A stretch of DNA of 64,000 nucleotides, taken from the NCBI GenBank assembly GCA_047150005.1, contig AP038806.1, positions 2,560,001 to 2,624,000 on the forward strand. The letters are read 5' to 3'. The notes under the pieces are model-generated. The model had not been told where the DNA came from. It did no database searches and saw only the letters and a program-made list of their open reading frames with translations. The translations under genes were made by a program, and so were the position numbers. This stretch comes from Nitrospira sp. (lineage in GTDB: Bacteria; Nitrospirota; Nitrospiria; Nitrospirales; Nitrospiraceae). Below, piece by piece: positions 50,612 to 60,950 of the stretch (position 1 is its first letter; each line of letters starts with the position of its first letter).

Positions 50612-50866
50612 CTAACTCGGAAGGGGGACGATGAATCCGCCCTGTTCGTGAAACTCGCGCTGCTGTTCCGTTGAAAACATCACCAGCGGCTCGCTGTGGC
50701 AGAATTGACACTCGTTCACCGTCACCGGGATGTCCCCCTCTCCCAAGTTCTCCAAATAGCGCTTCGCCAGCTTGAGCGCGGTCGCTTCGTCGGTCGTCAT
50801 GACGTCAAAATGAAGGAGGCCCTGCTTCCCGCGCACTGTGGCATCGAACACATGCACCGTATCCAT
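50612..50866 (-). CDS. DUF2024-like small protein
   Basis: VHVFD...HFDV...ECQFCHSE. Confidence 0.75.
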   Translation of the reverse strand: MDTVHVFDATVRGKQGLLHFDVMTTDEATALKLAKRYLENLGEGDIPVTVNECQFCHSEPLVMFSTEQQREFHEQGGFIVPLPS

Positions 50867-50883
50867 CGTGACAACTCCTGAGG

Positions 50884-51762
50884 TTACAGACCAAAGATGT
50901 AGAGGACGGCGAGTCCCATGACGATCCTGTAATAGGCAAACGGACGAAGCGTATGGTGCTTGACGAAGGACAAAAAAGCCGCGATGACAATCCAGGCGAC
51001 GACGAAGGAGACGGCGAGACCGATCGCCAGCGCGACGTAGTCTTGCTGATGAAAGACCCCCCGTGATTTCCAGATCTGGTAGCAGGTCGCGACAATCAAT
51101 GTCGGAAGCGCCAGAAAAAACGAGTACTCCGTGGCCACCTTACGATCCAAACCTACCAGCAGGCCTCCGATGATCGTCGAACCCGAGCGCGACATGCCGG
51201 GAACGAGGGACGCGCATTGGGCTACGCCGATCAGGACAGCCTGGCGCAGGCCGACCTGTTCGAGTTGCTGTACATCGGGTTTCCTCGTGCGAGCTTCAAC
51301 CGCCAAAATGATCAATCCGCCCACGATGGAGGTGATCGCGACAGTTTGCGGGCTGAAGAGATGAGCTTTGATCCAACCGTGCGTTGCCAATCCCACCAGA
51401 CCGGCAGGGAGAAACGCCGCGCCCAAACCGATGAGGAACCAAAGATGCGGATGTGTTGCCAGAGAGCGACGAAGAGTGATGGCGAAGGATTCGGCGCCCG
51501 CCAGCCCTATCGATCGCCGAAAATCCGCTTGCTCGGCCATTGCGCGTGAAAGGAACGTTCTGAGCTTTTCTCGCTCATACGCCACGACGGCGAGGATGGC
51601 GCCCAACTGGATGGAGATCTCGGCATTGGCGGCCAGATCGCCGGTAAACCCCAGCGCATGTCCTACGAGAATGAGATGGCCGGTCGAGGAGACCGGGAGA
51701 AATTCGGTAAGCCCTTCGACAATACCGAGAATCATCGCCAGGGCGGGGCCCCATTCATTCAT
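50884..51762 (-). CDS. uppP: Undecaprenyl-diphosphatase
   Basis: EGLTEFLPVSSTGH; PGMSRSGST. Confidence 0.96.
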   Translation of the reverse strand: MNEWGPALAMILGIVEGLTEFLPVSSTGHLILVGHALGFTGDLAANAEISIQLGAILAVVAYEREKLRTFLSRAMAEQADFRRSIGLAGAESFAITLRRSLATHPHLWFLIGLGAAFLPAGLVGLATHGWIKAHLFSPQTVAITSIVGGLIILAVEARTRKPDVQQLEQVGLRQAVLIGVAQCASLVPGMSRSGSTIIGGLLVGLDRKVATEYSFFLALPTLIVATCYQIWKSRGVFHQQDYVALAIGLAVSFVVAWIVIAAFLSFVKHHTLRPFAYYRIVMGLAVLYIFGL

Positions 51763-52046
51763 CTGCGTTCCTTTTGGTGAGGTGTGTGACGAGAGGTCTC
51801 TGCATAATCACAAAGTGACCGTCTTCCGTCAAGCAGACGCGAAAAACCGATGATCGGAAATCCAAAGGCGGCGGCAGGGCGTCAAACTTGTTGACAAAGA
51901 CTGAGGCTTGGCATACACAGTGGAGGGGTGCGAAAAGACGCGGTGGTCAAGCCGCCAGTCGTTCGTATTTCCAACAACCATTCACAACACGTAGCTACAG
52001 CAGCCGCGCCGCGCAGGGACGGCGACCAGGACAAGGGGAGGTTCGC

Positions 52047-52748
52047 ATGAGGTCAGTGTGGATGACGGCGATTGTCGCAGCGGGGGCGTTCTCGATCATG
52101 GGCTGTGTCGTCAGCGACCGCAAGTACCAGGAGGCGGTGGCCGAAGGCGATGCCGCCAAGACTGAATTGGCCACGATGCGCACGCAGAAGAGTGCGTTGG
52201 AGCAGCAGGTCAAGACGCTGAAGGAATTGAATGTCAAGTTCGGCAACGAAGCCCAAGCCGCCCACGACGAGTTGGAGCGGATACAGCACAGCCGGGACAA
52301 GGAGCGGGGAAGCATCGAAGCGCGGACCAAGGAGCTCGAGGATCGCGTTAAGCAGTTGACCTCGCAGAATCGGGCTATGAAAGCGGAATATGAGGACGCC
52401 AAGCGGCACAATGAAACACTGAAGTCCCTCGTCGCACGCTATCAGAAGGAACTCAAGGAACGGAGCGTCACCGGCTCCTTGGCGCCCCCTGCTGCCACAC
52501 CGCCGGCGATGGTACCGGCTCCGATGACGCCGTCCGCCTCCGCGGCCCCGTCGGCCGGGGCAGGGCTGATGAACGTCAATAAGGCGTCGGCAGGCGACAT
52601 GGTGCTGGTGCTGGGCATTTCGAAGGAGATGGCCGACCGGATCGTGATGAATCGTCCCTACAAGGTCAAGGGCGAGTTGGTCGCGAAGAACGTCGTGCCG
52701 AAGGAAACTTTCGATACGATCAGGGAGCGCATTAGCGTCAGCCCCTAG
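52047..52748 (+). CDS. Coiled-coil lipoprotein with a C-terminal helix-hairpin-helix-like domain
   Basis: Lipobox IMG-C; heptad pattern; MNVNKAS...LGISKEMADRIVMNRPY. Confidence 0.7.
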   Translation: MRSVWMTAIVAAGAFSIMGCVVSDRKYQEAVAEGDAAKTELATMRTQKSALEQQVKTLKELNVKFGNEAQAAHDELERIQHSRDKERGSIEARTKELEDRVKQLTSQNRAMKAEYEDAKRHNETLKSLVARYQKELKERSVTGSLAPPAATPPAMVPAPMTPSASAAPSAGAGLMNVNKASAGDMVLVLGISKEMADRIVMNRPYKVKGELVAKNVVPKETFDTIRERISVSP

Positions 52749-52972
52749 GCGTGAAGCGCATCTCGTGAAGCGTGAATCGCAAGCAGGCGCCTCACCTCGA
52801 CGGTTCTTAAAGACTTAGCGCGAGGCGAGGCACAAAGAACAGAGGGCAATTCCCGAGCAGGCCATCCATGCATATGGATGGCCTGTCGTGCTTTTGAGGC
52901 CGGAGGATGATTCTCATTCGCCCGTCTTGTTAGAATGGCACGGTACAGCTTGGGGGAGGAACGACTCTCGTC

Positions 52973-54226
52973 ATGCGCCGTCTTGTTCTGATTGCCGCGG
53001 TATTGGCCATCGGGTTGGTCATCGGCGGTTATGTGTTCTTCAACGGCGAGCGCAAGCCGCCTATTCGGTACCGTGCCGCGTCGGTTGAGCGAGGGGCGGT
53101 CGTCTCGCTGGTGACGGCCACCGGAACGATCGCGCCCGTCGTGTCGGTTCAAGTCGGCACGCAGGTATCCGGCATGATCAAGAGCTTGCATGCCGATTTC
53201 AATTCCGTGGTCAAGGCCGGGGACATCGTGGCGGTGATCGATCCGGAACCGTTTCGAGCCCGGCGAGATCAAGCCGCCAGCAACCTTGAAATGGCGAGAG
53301 CGACCGTCGCGCGAGCGAGGACGGAGCAGGCGCAGCGCCGCCGCGAGTTGGAACGAACGAAATCGCTGCTGGCCCAGCAGTTCGTGTCGCAGAACGATGT
53401 GGATGTGGCGCTCACGAATGCGCAGGGAGCCGATGCCCAGGTGAGTGTCGCGACGGCGCAAGTGAAGCAGGCAGAAGCCGCGCTCAATGCCGCAGAACTG
53501 GATCTCAAGTACACGGTGATTCGGTCACCGGTCAACGGCATCGTTGTGGCCAGAAACGTCGAAGTCGGCCAGACCGTCGCCGCGAGTTTCGCCACGCCGA
53601 ACCTGTTTTTGATCGCCCTCGATCTGACGCAAATGGAGGTGGACACGAACGTGAGCGAGTCCGATATCGGCGGCATCACGGAAGGAAAGGACGCGACGTT
53701 CACCGTCGATGCGTATCCGGGCGTCCCGTTTTCCGGCACCATCAGGCAGGTGCGCATCGCGCCGATCAACGTGCAGAACGTCGTCACCTACAATGTCGTG
53801 GTCGGCGTGGACAACAAGGATTTGAGGCTCAAACCGGGCATGACGGCGAATGTGTCGATCGTCGTCGCTCAGCGTGAAAATGTGCTGAAGATCCCGAACG
53901 CGGCGCTCCGGTTCATGCCTCCGAAATCGGAACTGGCGAGGGGCGCTCCGGCGGCCGCTGCCGGCCGAATCGCAGCGACAAGCGGTGCGGGGGGCATGCC
54001 ATCCCGGTTCATCTGGCAGGAGCGTGAAAACGGCGAGTTGGTCTCGGTTCCGGTTCAGGGCGGCATATCGGACGGCCTGTGGACGGAACTCGTCTCAGGA
54101 GACCTTGCCGAAGGCGAGGGGGTAATCGTCGGGATCGAGCAGCCCAGCGGAGAACGGCGGAGCGGCGATCTGCCGCCGGGGTTCGGCCCTCCGCAGCGTC
54201 GCCAGTCTCGCGAACGAGGCATGTAG
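52973..54226 (+). CDS. MacA-like periplasmic adaptor
   Basis: VQVGTQVSG, GQTVAASF, LKPGMTA. Confidence 0.92.
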   Translation: MRRLVLIAAVLAIGLVIGGYVFFNGERKPPIRYRAASVERGAVVSLVTATGTIAPVVSVQVGTQVSGMIKSLHADFNSVVKAGDIVAVIDPEPFRARRDQAASNLEMARATVARARTEQAQRRRELERTKSLLAQQFVSQNDVDVALTNAQGADAQVSVATAQVKQAEAALNAAELDLKYTVIRSPVNGIVVARNVEVGQTVAASFATPNLFLIALDLTQMEVDTNVSESDIGGITEGKDATFTVDAYPGVPFSGTIRQVRIAPINVQNVVTYNVVVGVDNKDLRLKPGMTANVSIVVAQRENVLKIPNAALRFMPPKSELARGAPAAAAGRIAATSGAGGMPSRFIWQERENGELVSVPVQGGISDGLWTELVSGDLAEGEGVIVGIEQPSGERRSGDLPPGFGPPQRRQSRERGM

Positions 54227-54283
54227 GCAAGGCCAATACCGAGCCTCCACTGCATCTCAACTTGAACCTCGGTCTTTCCGTCG

Positions 54284-54982
54284 ATGACTCCACTGATCAT
54301 CTGCCGCGAGATCTGGAAGGTCTACCGGGTCGGCGAGGTCCGGGTCGAGGCGTTGCGTGGCGTGGACCTCTCGATCGAGCGAGGCGAATTCGTGGCCGTC
54401 ATGGGCTCGTCCGGATCAGGTAAGTCCACGCTCATGAACATTCTCGGTTGCCTCGATCAGCCGACGAGAGGCAGCTATGAGTTCAACGGCGCCGAAGTCG
54501 CCAGCATGCCGCAGAACCGGTTGGCCGAGATCCGCAACCGACAAATCGGATTTGTCTTTCAAAGTTTCAATCTCATCCCGAGAACCAGCTCGCTGGAGAA
54601 CGCTCAGCTGCCGCTGTTCTATCGAGGGCTCCCGCTCAAGGAGCAGCGCCTGCAGGCCGCGGAAGCACTTCGTCGGGTCGGTTTAAGCGGACGGGAGCAC
54701 CACTTTCCGACTCAACTCTCCGGTGGCCAACAGCAGCGGGTCGCCATCGCGCGAGCGTTGGTGACGTCGCCGGCCCTTCTACTGGCCGATGAGCCGACGG
54801 GCAACCTCGACACCCAATCCAGCGAGGAGATCATGGAAATCTTCCGGGGCCTCAATCGCGAGGGCATGACGGTCATCGTGGTGACGCACGAGCCGGACAT
54901 CGCGGCCCATGCGTCTCGGGAGATCGTCGTGACGGACGGCCGGGTCGTGAGCGACCGAACGATGCGGTGCGGACGCAGATGA
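54284..54982 (+). CDS. ABC ATP-binding protein (MacB/LolD type)
   Basis: [25 protein letters not shown]. Confidence 0.95.
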   Translation: MTPLIICREIWKVYRVGEVRVEALRGVDLSIERGEFVAVMGSSGSGKSTLMNILGCLDQPTRGSYEFNGAEVASMPQNRLAEIRNRQIGFVFQSFNLIPRTSSLENAQLPLFYRGLPLKEQRLQAAEALRRVGLSGREHHFPTQLSGGQQQRVAIARALVTSPALLLADEPTGNLDTQSSEEIMEIFRGLNREGMTVIVVTHEPDIAAHASREIVVTDGRVVSDRTMRCGRR

Positions 54983-54994
54983 TGGGGCTCTAGT

Positions 54995-56230
54995 ATGTCG
55001 GCATTCATCTGGTTAACGATCCTGACGGCGCTGAGAGTGATGGGGCGAAATCGCCTGCGGACGGCCTTGACCATGCTGGGAATCGTGATCGGAGTGGGGG
55101 CGGTCATTGCCATGGTCAGCATCGGGGATGGAGCCCGCCGTGCGGTCCAGAGGCAGATCGCCACGATGGGTACGAACGTCATCATCATCTGGCCTGGGGT
55201 CACGACGGTCAGCGGTGTGAGGGGAAGCCAAGGGGGCGCCGTCACCCTGACGGTGGCGGATGCCATGGATCTCAAGAAGAAAATCCCGTTGCTGTCGGAT
55301 ACGGCGTGGGCCAAACGGGACGTGATGCAGATCGTCAACGGCAACCGGAATTGGAACGGCTCCATCAACGGCGTGTCCCCGAGCTATCTGACCATCAGAG
55401 ATTGGTCGTTTACCAGCGGCGGGTCCTTTACGCAGGCCGACCTCGACAGCGCGGCTCGTGTGGCGCTGATCGGGCAGACGGTGGCGGAGAATCTCTTTGA
55501 ACCGGGAGAGGAGCCGGTCGGCGCCGTCATCCGCATCAAGAACGTGCCGTTCCGGGTGATCGGCGTGCTTGCGCCGAAGGGACAATCCGCCCAGGGTTCG
55601 GATCAAGACGATGTGATCTTCATCCCGTTCACGACGGCGGAGCGGAAGGTGTTCGGCACGCTGTTTCTGGGCTCAGTGGGAGGAATCTTCGCGTCCACCG
55701 ATCGAGTGGATGATCTCCCGGAGGCGGTCGAACAGATTCGTGAAGTCATCCGCATGCGCCATCGCATACAGGGCGAACAGGCCGACGACTTTACGATCCG
55801 CACGCAGGTGGACATTGGAAAGGTCCAACAGGGGACGAGTCAAACGCTGACCGTGATGTTGTTTGCCATCGCGTCCGTCTCCCTTCTGGTCGGAGGGATC
55901 GGCATCATGAACATCCTGCTGGTCTCGGTGACCGAACGAACCAGAGAAATCGGCGTGCGCATGGCGGTCGGCGCCACACGGCGCCACATCGTCGTGCAGT
56001 TCCTGATCGAAGCCATGACGTTGAGCGTGTTCGGCGGCGCGCTGGGGATCGTGTTCGGGGTGACGGGGGCGAAATTGACGACGGTGATCGCCGGATGGCC
56101 GACCATTGTGTCCGGGTCCGTGATTGCGGTCGCAGTGGTGTGTTCACTCGTCATCGGATTGTTTTTCGGCCTCTATCCTGCCACCAAGGCCGCGCGTTTG
56201 AATCCGATCGACGCGTTGCGCTACGAGTAA
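54995..56230 (+). CDS. MacB-type ABC permease
   Basis: LTMLGIVIGV; GGIGIMNILLVSVTERTREIG. Confidence 0.95.
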   Translation: MSAFIWLTILTALRVMGRNRLRTALTMLGIVIGVGAVIAMVSIGDGARRAVQRQIATMGTNVIIIWPGVTTVSGVRGSQGGAVTLTVADAMDLKKKIPLLSDTAWAKRDVMQIVNGNRNWNGSINGVSPSYLTIRDWSFTSGGSFTQADLDSAARVALIGQTVAENLFEPGEEPVGAVIRIKNVPFRVIGVLAPKGQSAQGSDQDDVIFIPFTTAERKVFGTLFLGSVGGIFASTDRVDDLPEAVEQIREVIRMRHRIQGEQADDFTIRTQVDIGKVQQGTSQTLTVMLFAIASVSLLVGGIGIMNILLVSVTERTREIGVRMAVGATRRHIVVQFLIEAMTLSVFGGALGIVFGVTGAKLTTVIAGWPTIVSGSVIAVAVVCSLVIGLFFGLYPATKAARLNPIDALRYE

Positions 56231-56799
56231 TCTTGGACCGCGGGACGGGGCGAACTGCCGGTCGGCGCGGCGGCGCGAAGCGACACCTCGATTCGCGGGT
56301 TGAGCGTATCGACGTGTTTGTAGAGGTGCGTTTCGACGATGCGGTTGTCGTTGATGCCGAGCCCCTCGCACAGCGCGTCTTGAGCGATTTTCAACCCGCC
56401 GTCGACGTCTCGCCGCAACGGCGAGGTGAAGTAGAACCGTATCGAAAGGGCCAGCGTAGTCGATTGAAGCCGCGACAGCAGTCCCGCACGGTTGGAGCAC
56501 TTGGAGAGCATGAGCAGCACAAGGTCCCCGACTTGGGCCTTGTAGGTGCGTCCTGCCGCAGAAAGGAGCCGACGGCCCCGCACCGTGGCATACTGATGAT
56601 TCACGCTGGGAGGTACGGGCAGCACGAGCGCCACGCCGTCGGTCTCGCGGTATGCTGCCGTGGAGGTCGCTCCGAAGCGCGGTTTCGCGGACGGAGCCAT
56701 GCGGGGCCCTGCCAGGAGCCTCGTAGCCGTCTGTCGGGAAATCACGCGAACCGGGAGCCGAGAACTGATGAAGGGTGTGGCGCGACGGGCGATGGGCAT
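56221..56799 (-). CDS. rusA: RusA-family Holliday junction resolvase (start uncertain)
   Basis: LPVPPSVN...RRDVDGGLKIAQDAL...INDNRI. Confidence 0.8.
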   Translation of the reverse strand: MPIARRATPFISSRLPVRVISRQTATRLLAGPRMAPSAKPRFGATSTAAYRETDGVALVLPVPPSVNHQYATVRGRRLLSAAGRTYKAQVGDLVLLMLSKCSNRAGLLSRLQSTTLALSIRFYFTSPLRRDVDGGLKIAQDALCEGLGINDNRIVETHLYKHVDTLNPRIEVSLRAAAPTGSSPRPAVQDYS

Positions 56800-56807
56800 G
56801 CGGAGCA

Positions 56808-57257
56808 CTACAGGAGATTCAGAATCTTCGCCATGTCTTGTTCATACCGGTCTTCGGATCGGCTGAGGTATCTTCGCCATTCGCTGGGGTTCCAGACTTC
56901 CATGCGGTGGTACAGACCGACGAGGATAATCTCCTGGTCCTCATCGAGCGGAACGAGTTTTCTCAGTCGACCGGGGATCAGGATCCGACCGGTCTTGTCG
57001 ATTTCGGAGGTTCCCGCTTCCGAGACCACGAAGTGCATGAACAGCCGGCTCTGGTCTTCGTCGAGCGTCGCCTTGCTCCGTTCGAGCACCTTCTCCCATT
57101 CCTTGAGGGAATAGATCAGGATCGACTGCTCGGGGCCCTTCATAAAGACGACGGCGCGCCCCTCCGATTCAATCTGTTCGCGGATGGGCGAGGGGACGAT
57201 GAACCGACCCTTCTCGTCGACTTTACAGAGGTACTCGCCGGCAAACATCAATGCCAC
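56808..57257 (-). CDS. mraZ: MraZ-like regulator
   Basis: Two DxxGR motifs (DEKGRF, DKTGRI); EVW. Confidence 0.85.
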   Translation of the reverse strand: MALMFAGEYLCKVDEKGRFIVPSPIREQIESEGRAVVFMKGPEQSILIYSLKEWEKVLERSKATLDEDQSRLFMHFVVSEAGTSEIDKTGRILIPGRLRKLVPLDEDQEIILVGLYHRMEVWNPSEWRRYLSRSEDRYEQDMAKILNLL

Positions 57258-57264
57258 CTTGGGC

Positions 57265-57462
57265 TTAGCCGGTGAACGGCGTTCTGACGCGCTCCCTGAT
57301 CCACTGTTCGAGATCGGACCGCACGAATCGCCACTGGCTGCCCAGCTTGAAGGCGGGAATCCGACGGCTGTGGAGGTAGCGGTAGAGCGTCCGTTGGGTG
57401 ATCTTGAGGTATCGGCAGGTTTCTTCTGCCGTCATCAACTCGCTCTTGGAACTCCGACTCAT
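57265..57462 (-). CDS. Excisionase-family HTH protein
   Basis: LMTAEETCRYLKI...TLYR...IPAFKLGSQWRF. Confidence 0.85.
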   Translation of the reverse strand: MSRSSKSELMTAEETCRYLKITQRTLYRYLHSRRIPAFKLGSQWRFVRSDLEQWIRERVRTPFTG

Positions 57463-57569
57463 TTACCGTCCAGGATGGGAGGGAAACCATAGAGCAGACC
57501 GCCTCTAGTGTGGCATCAGGGTATGCGAGAGTCGCAAGCCTGTCAAGTGAAAACATATGACAGCGAAGG

Positions 57570-57914
57570 TCATTGTCCGCCAATATCATCCAGATTCGGC
57601 GAGGATTCATCGGCATCTCCCAAGGCGCCAGACGGATCCTCTCCGAAATCCTCACCCATTTCGTCGCCCATCTTCTTCATGAACCGCTTCATGCTTTCCG
57701 GATCGCTCTCGTCAAGGTCTCCCAAGGTGTCCGGGTCCGCCAGCGATTCGAGTCTGGCCTCTTCGGATTTCGGCGACGCAAAACGGGACATCAGACGCGA
57801 GAGGCTGGTGCTTCCACAAGAAGTGCACGAGACCGGTCTCGGATTGGTGATGCTCAGTTGAAGCACGGTCGTGCGACGCCGACAGTCGAGACACAGATAT
57901 TCGTACAACGGCAT
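57570..57914 (-). CDS. FmdB-family zinc-ribbon protein
   Basis: MPLYEYLCLDC...CTSCGS. Confidence 0.85.
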   Translation of the reverse strand: MPLYEYLCLDCRRRTTVLQLSITNPRPVSCTSCGSTSLSRLMSRFASPKSEEARLESLADPDTLGDLDESDPESMKRFMKKMGDEMGEDFGEDPSGALGDADESSPNLDDIGGQ

Positions 57915-57917
57915 ATG

Positions 57918-58763
57918 CTACAGTCCCAGAATTGGTGAAGATCGAACCGGCTCCTCCACGAAGCGGCGATCCGGAATGAATAATGGCCCGATGGTGCGGG
58001 CGAGCGTCAGCGCGATGACGGACTTCGCTCCCGACGCCGACAGGGCTGCCGCACATTCGTGGAGGGTCGCGCCGGTCGTAAAGACGTCGTCGATCAGCAG
58101 GATTCGGCGACCGGCAACGACACGGGGCCTGCATACCGAAAACGCGTGCCGCACATTCTTCAGCCGCATAGTCCGAGGCAACGTGGTTTGAGGGTCGGTG
58201 GCCTGCACGCGCACGAGTTCGTGTATTGATACCGGCAGATCGAGATGCCGTGCCAGATGGTCCGAAAGGAGCAGCGATTGATTGAATTCCCTGCTGCGCA
58301 ATCTACTGGGATGCAAGGGGACGGGTAGGATGAGATCGACGTCGAGATTAGATGGCAGGGCGTCGATCATGAGCTGCGCCAAGGGTTTGGCCAAGCCGAT
58401 TTTCCCCCGATACTTGAACGCGCAAATGGCTTCCCGCAGAGGCGGAAGGTACGGATAGAGCGTCCAGGCTCGCGTGAAGGCGGGTCGGTGCTCCAGGCAG
58501 TCCTGGCAGCAATGATCCGGCGAATAAGAGACCGCAGCCGGCGAGACGAAGGGTTGGCTACAGAGAACGCAGCAAGGCCCCTGTAAGGGCAGAATCAGAT
58601 CCCAACAGCGCTGACAGAATCCGGGAACCGGGTCGCCCTGTAAGCTGACCCCGCAGGCCAGGCAATCGACCGGAACGATGAACCGCAGCGCCTGACGGCA
58701 GAGGCTGAGGAAGCCGGTTCGGGTGGATGGAAAGGACATCAACATGGCCGACGTGGAAGCCAA
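57918..58763 (-). CDS. comF: ComF-family protein
   Basis: Double Zn ribbon, PVPLH, REFNQS, LIDDVFTTGAT. Confidence 0.9.
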   Translation of the reverse strand: MASTSAMLMSFPSTRTGFLSLCRQALRFIVPVDCLACGVSLQGDPVPGFCQRCWDLILPLQGPCCVLCSQPFVSPAAVSYSPDHCCQDCLEHRPAFTRAWTLYPYLPPLREAICAFKYRGKIGLAKPLAQLMIDALPSNLDVDLILPVPLHPSRLRSREFNQSLLLSDHLARHLDLPVSIHELVRVQATDPQTTLPRTMRLKNVRHAFSVCRPRVVAGRRILLIDDVFTTGATLHECAAALSASGAKSVIALTLARTIGPLFIPDRRFVEEPVRSSPILGL

Positions 58764-58856
58764 GTATCGCGCTTCTTCTAGAAAAAAACACGGCGCCTGT
58801 CAAGGTTGTTGCCCTTCAAATGGTTGTGTTATACGGAAAGAGGTCTGCAAATCACG

Positions 58857-59555
58857 ATGCTCAGGCTTGAACAGGTTTCGAAGGTCTATCAGCGGGGATC
58901 GGCTTCCATCATCGGGGTGGATCGGGTCAGCTTGGAAGTGGCGGAGGGGGAATTCTGCGCATTCAGAGGACCGAGCGGGTGCGGCAAGAGCACGTTGCTG
59001 AATTTGGTTGCCGGCTTGGACTCCCCCACGACGGGGGAGATCATCTTGAACGGGAGGCCGACCGGACGGTTTTCCTCCGACGATTGGACGCGGGTCCGGC
59101 GGGAAGACATCGGAATCGTCTTCCAGGCGTTTCACCTGATTCCCGGGCTATCCGCCGAAGAGAATGTCGCTTTTCCGCTGCTGCTGAGAGGTGAGCGGGG
59201 CGGAGCGATGCACAAACGCGTGGAGGAAGTGCTCAATCTCGTCGGAATGAGCCACCGTCGCCACCATCGTCCCGGTGAATTGTCCGGCGGAGAGCAGCAA
59301 CGAATCGCCATTGCGCGCGCTGTCGTGCATAGCCCGAAGCTGGTCGTGGCGGATGAGCCGACCGGAAATCTGGATTCTCACCAGGGCGCGGCCGTCGTCG
59401 ATCTGTTGAAGATGCTGGCCGATCAAGAACACCGGACCGTCCTTCTCGCAACGCACAGCGGCGAAGCGGCTGGCGCGGCGCACTATGTGTGGACCATGAA
59501 GGACGGCCGTCTGATCGAGCGGGTTGCACCGAACCTTCTTTCCTTGGGACGGTAG
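58857..59555 (+). CDS. ABC ATP-binding protein (LolD-like)
   Basis: [25 protein letters not shown]. Confidence 0.93.
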   Translation: MLRLEQVSKVYQRGSASIIGVDRVSLEVAEGEFCAFRGPSGCGKSTLLNLVAGLDSPTTGEIILNGRPTGRFSSDDWTRVRREDIGIVFQAFHLIPGLSAEENVAFPLLLRGERGGAMHKRVEEVLNLVGMSHRRHHRPGELSGGEQQRIAIARAVVHSPKLVVADEPTGNLDSHQGAAVVDLLKMLADQEHRTVLLATHSGEAAGAAHYVWTMKDGRLIERVAPNLLSLGR

Positions 59556-60482
59556 ATGGATTTATCGACGACGATTGCGGGGGTCAAGTTTGCCGGTTGC
59601 TTCATGAACGCGTCCGGGGCGTTGTGCGTGACGCGAGAGGAATTATTGGCGTTGGGGCGCTCGCATGCCGGGGCGATCGTCACAAAATCCATGACGGTGG
59701 AGCCGCGCCAAGGCAATCCGTCGCCGCGGTATTACGGGTTCCCGGGCGGTTCGATCAATTCGATGGGACTGCCCAACCTGGGCTATCGCGCTTATGCCGA
59801 GTTGATCCCGGAATTGAAGCGGTTCGGCAAGCCGGTTATCGCCAGTGTGGCCGGTCTCGTTGAAGACGACTTCCCGATCATCGCCGAAGCCGTCAACGCA
59901 GCCGGGCCGGATTTGATCGAAGTGAATCTGTCCTGTCCGAACATCGCGGGAAAACCGCAGATCGGTTACGACGCCGAGGCGTCCGAGCGGTTGATGAAGC
60001 GCGTGCGAAAGATCATTACGGTTCCGATGGGGGTGAAGCTGCCTCCCTATTTCGATCCGGCGCATCATACGCTGATGGGAAACGTGATCGGGCGATGCGG
60101 CGTGGATTTTCTCAATGTGATTAATTCGGTAGGCAACGGGCTCGTCGTCGATCCGAAGACGGAAACCGTCGTGATCAAGCCGAAAGGCGGGTTCGGAGGC
60201 TTGGGGGGAACCATCATCAAGCCGGTGGCGTTGGCAAACGTCCGGGCGTTCTGGAAGCATTTCGACGGACGCATGCCGATCATCGGTACCGGCGGTGTCA
60301 TGAATGGCATCGACGCCTTCGAGCATATACTCTGCGGGGCTTCGGCTATGCAAGTCGGCACTACGTTGGTCGAGGAGGGAGTCGACGTGTTCACGCGGTT
60401 GGAGGCGGAACTCGTCGCCTGTCTTCGCGATAAGGGCTATCAATCGATTGCGGAGTGCCGCGGACGACTCAAGGAACTCTAG
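59556..60482 (+). CDS. pyrD: Dihydroorotate dehydrogenase, class 1 (1A-like)
   Basis: NASG, NSMGLPN, NLSCPN, GGFGGLGG; no adjacent pyrK. Confidence 0.92.
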   Translation: MDLSTTIAGVKFAGCFMNASGALCVTREELLALGRSHAGAIVTKSMTVEPRQGNPSPRYYGFPGGSINSMGLPNLGYRAYAELIPELKRFGKPVIASVAGLVEDDFPIIAEAVNAAGPDLIEVNLSCPNIAGKPQIGYDAEASERLMKRVRKIITVPMGVKLPPYFDPAHHTLMGNVIGRCGVDFLNVINSVGNGLVVDPKTETVVIKPKGGFGGLGGTIIKPVALANVRAFWKHFDGRMPIIGTGGVMNGIDAFEHILCGASAMQVGTTLVEEGVDVFTRLEAELVACLRDKGYQSIAECRGRLKEL

Positions 60483-60518
60483 GTGGGGATGCGTGATCGG
60501 CGCTTGATGGCGTAGACG

Positions 60519-60782
60519 TCACTTGCCGAACGATTTGGACAGCAGACCGAGTTGGAGTGCGCGTCGGAGGAGTTGGGCGACGTTTCTGACGTTGAGGCGG
60601 CGCATCAAATTGAATCGGTGGACTTCGACGGTGCGGACGCTGATCTGCAGGACGGTGGCGATTTCGCGATTGGTGTGACCGATGGACACCAGCCGGAGAA
60701 TGTCCCGCTGACGCGGAGTGAGCGGCCCGAGATCGATCTCTTCCGCGGCCGGCTCGGCTTTGCGGCGCAACGCGCTTTTCAT
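60519..60782 (-). CDS. Stand-alone LuxR-type HTH regulator
   Basis: LTPRQRDIL...TNREIA...TVEVHR. Confidence 0.88.
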   Translation of the reverse strand: MKSALRRKAEPAAEEIDLGPLTPRQRDILRLVSIGHTNREIATVLQISVRTVEVHRFNLMRRLNVRNVAQLLRRALQLGLLSKSFGK

Positions 60783-60950
60783 GTGGCTCTCACCTTCGAT
60801 CTCGTCATGTGTGAAGCGAGTCTAGCAAAGGCGGGAAACCCTGTAAACGAAACTACTAAATCCTGCAGCCGCAGTCCGTCCCCTGTGTTCTGATCCGCGA
60901 ATTACCGACAGTCGTCTGTTTCTCACCTCAACGACGAGGAGTCGGCTGGA

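Noticed and set aside
56221..57462. Prophage remnant
   Set aside because: No integrase, structural genes or att sites; flanked by ordinary genes.
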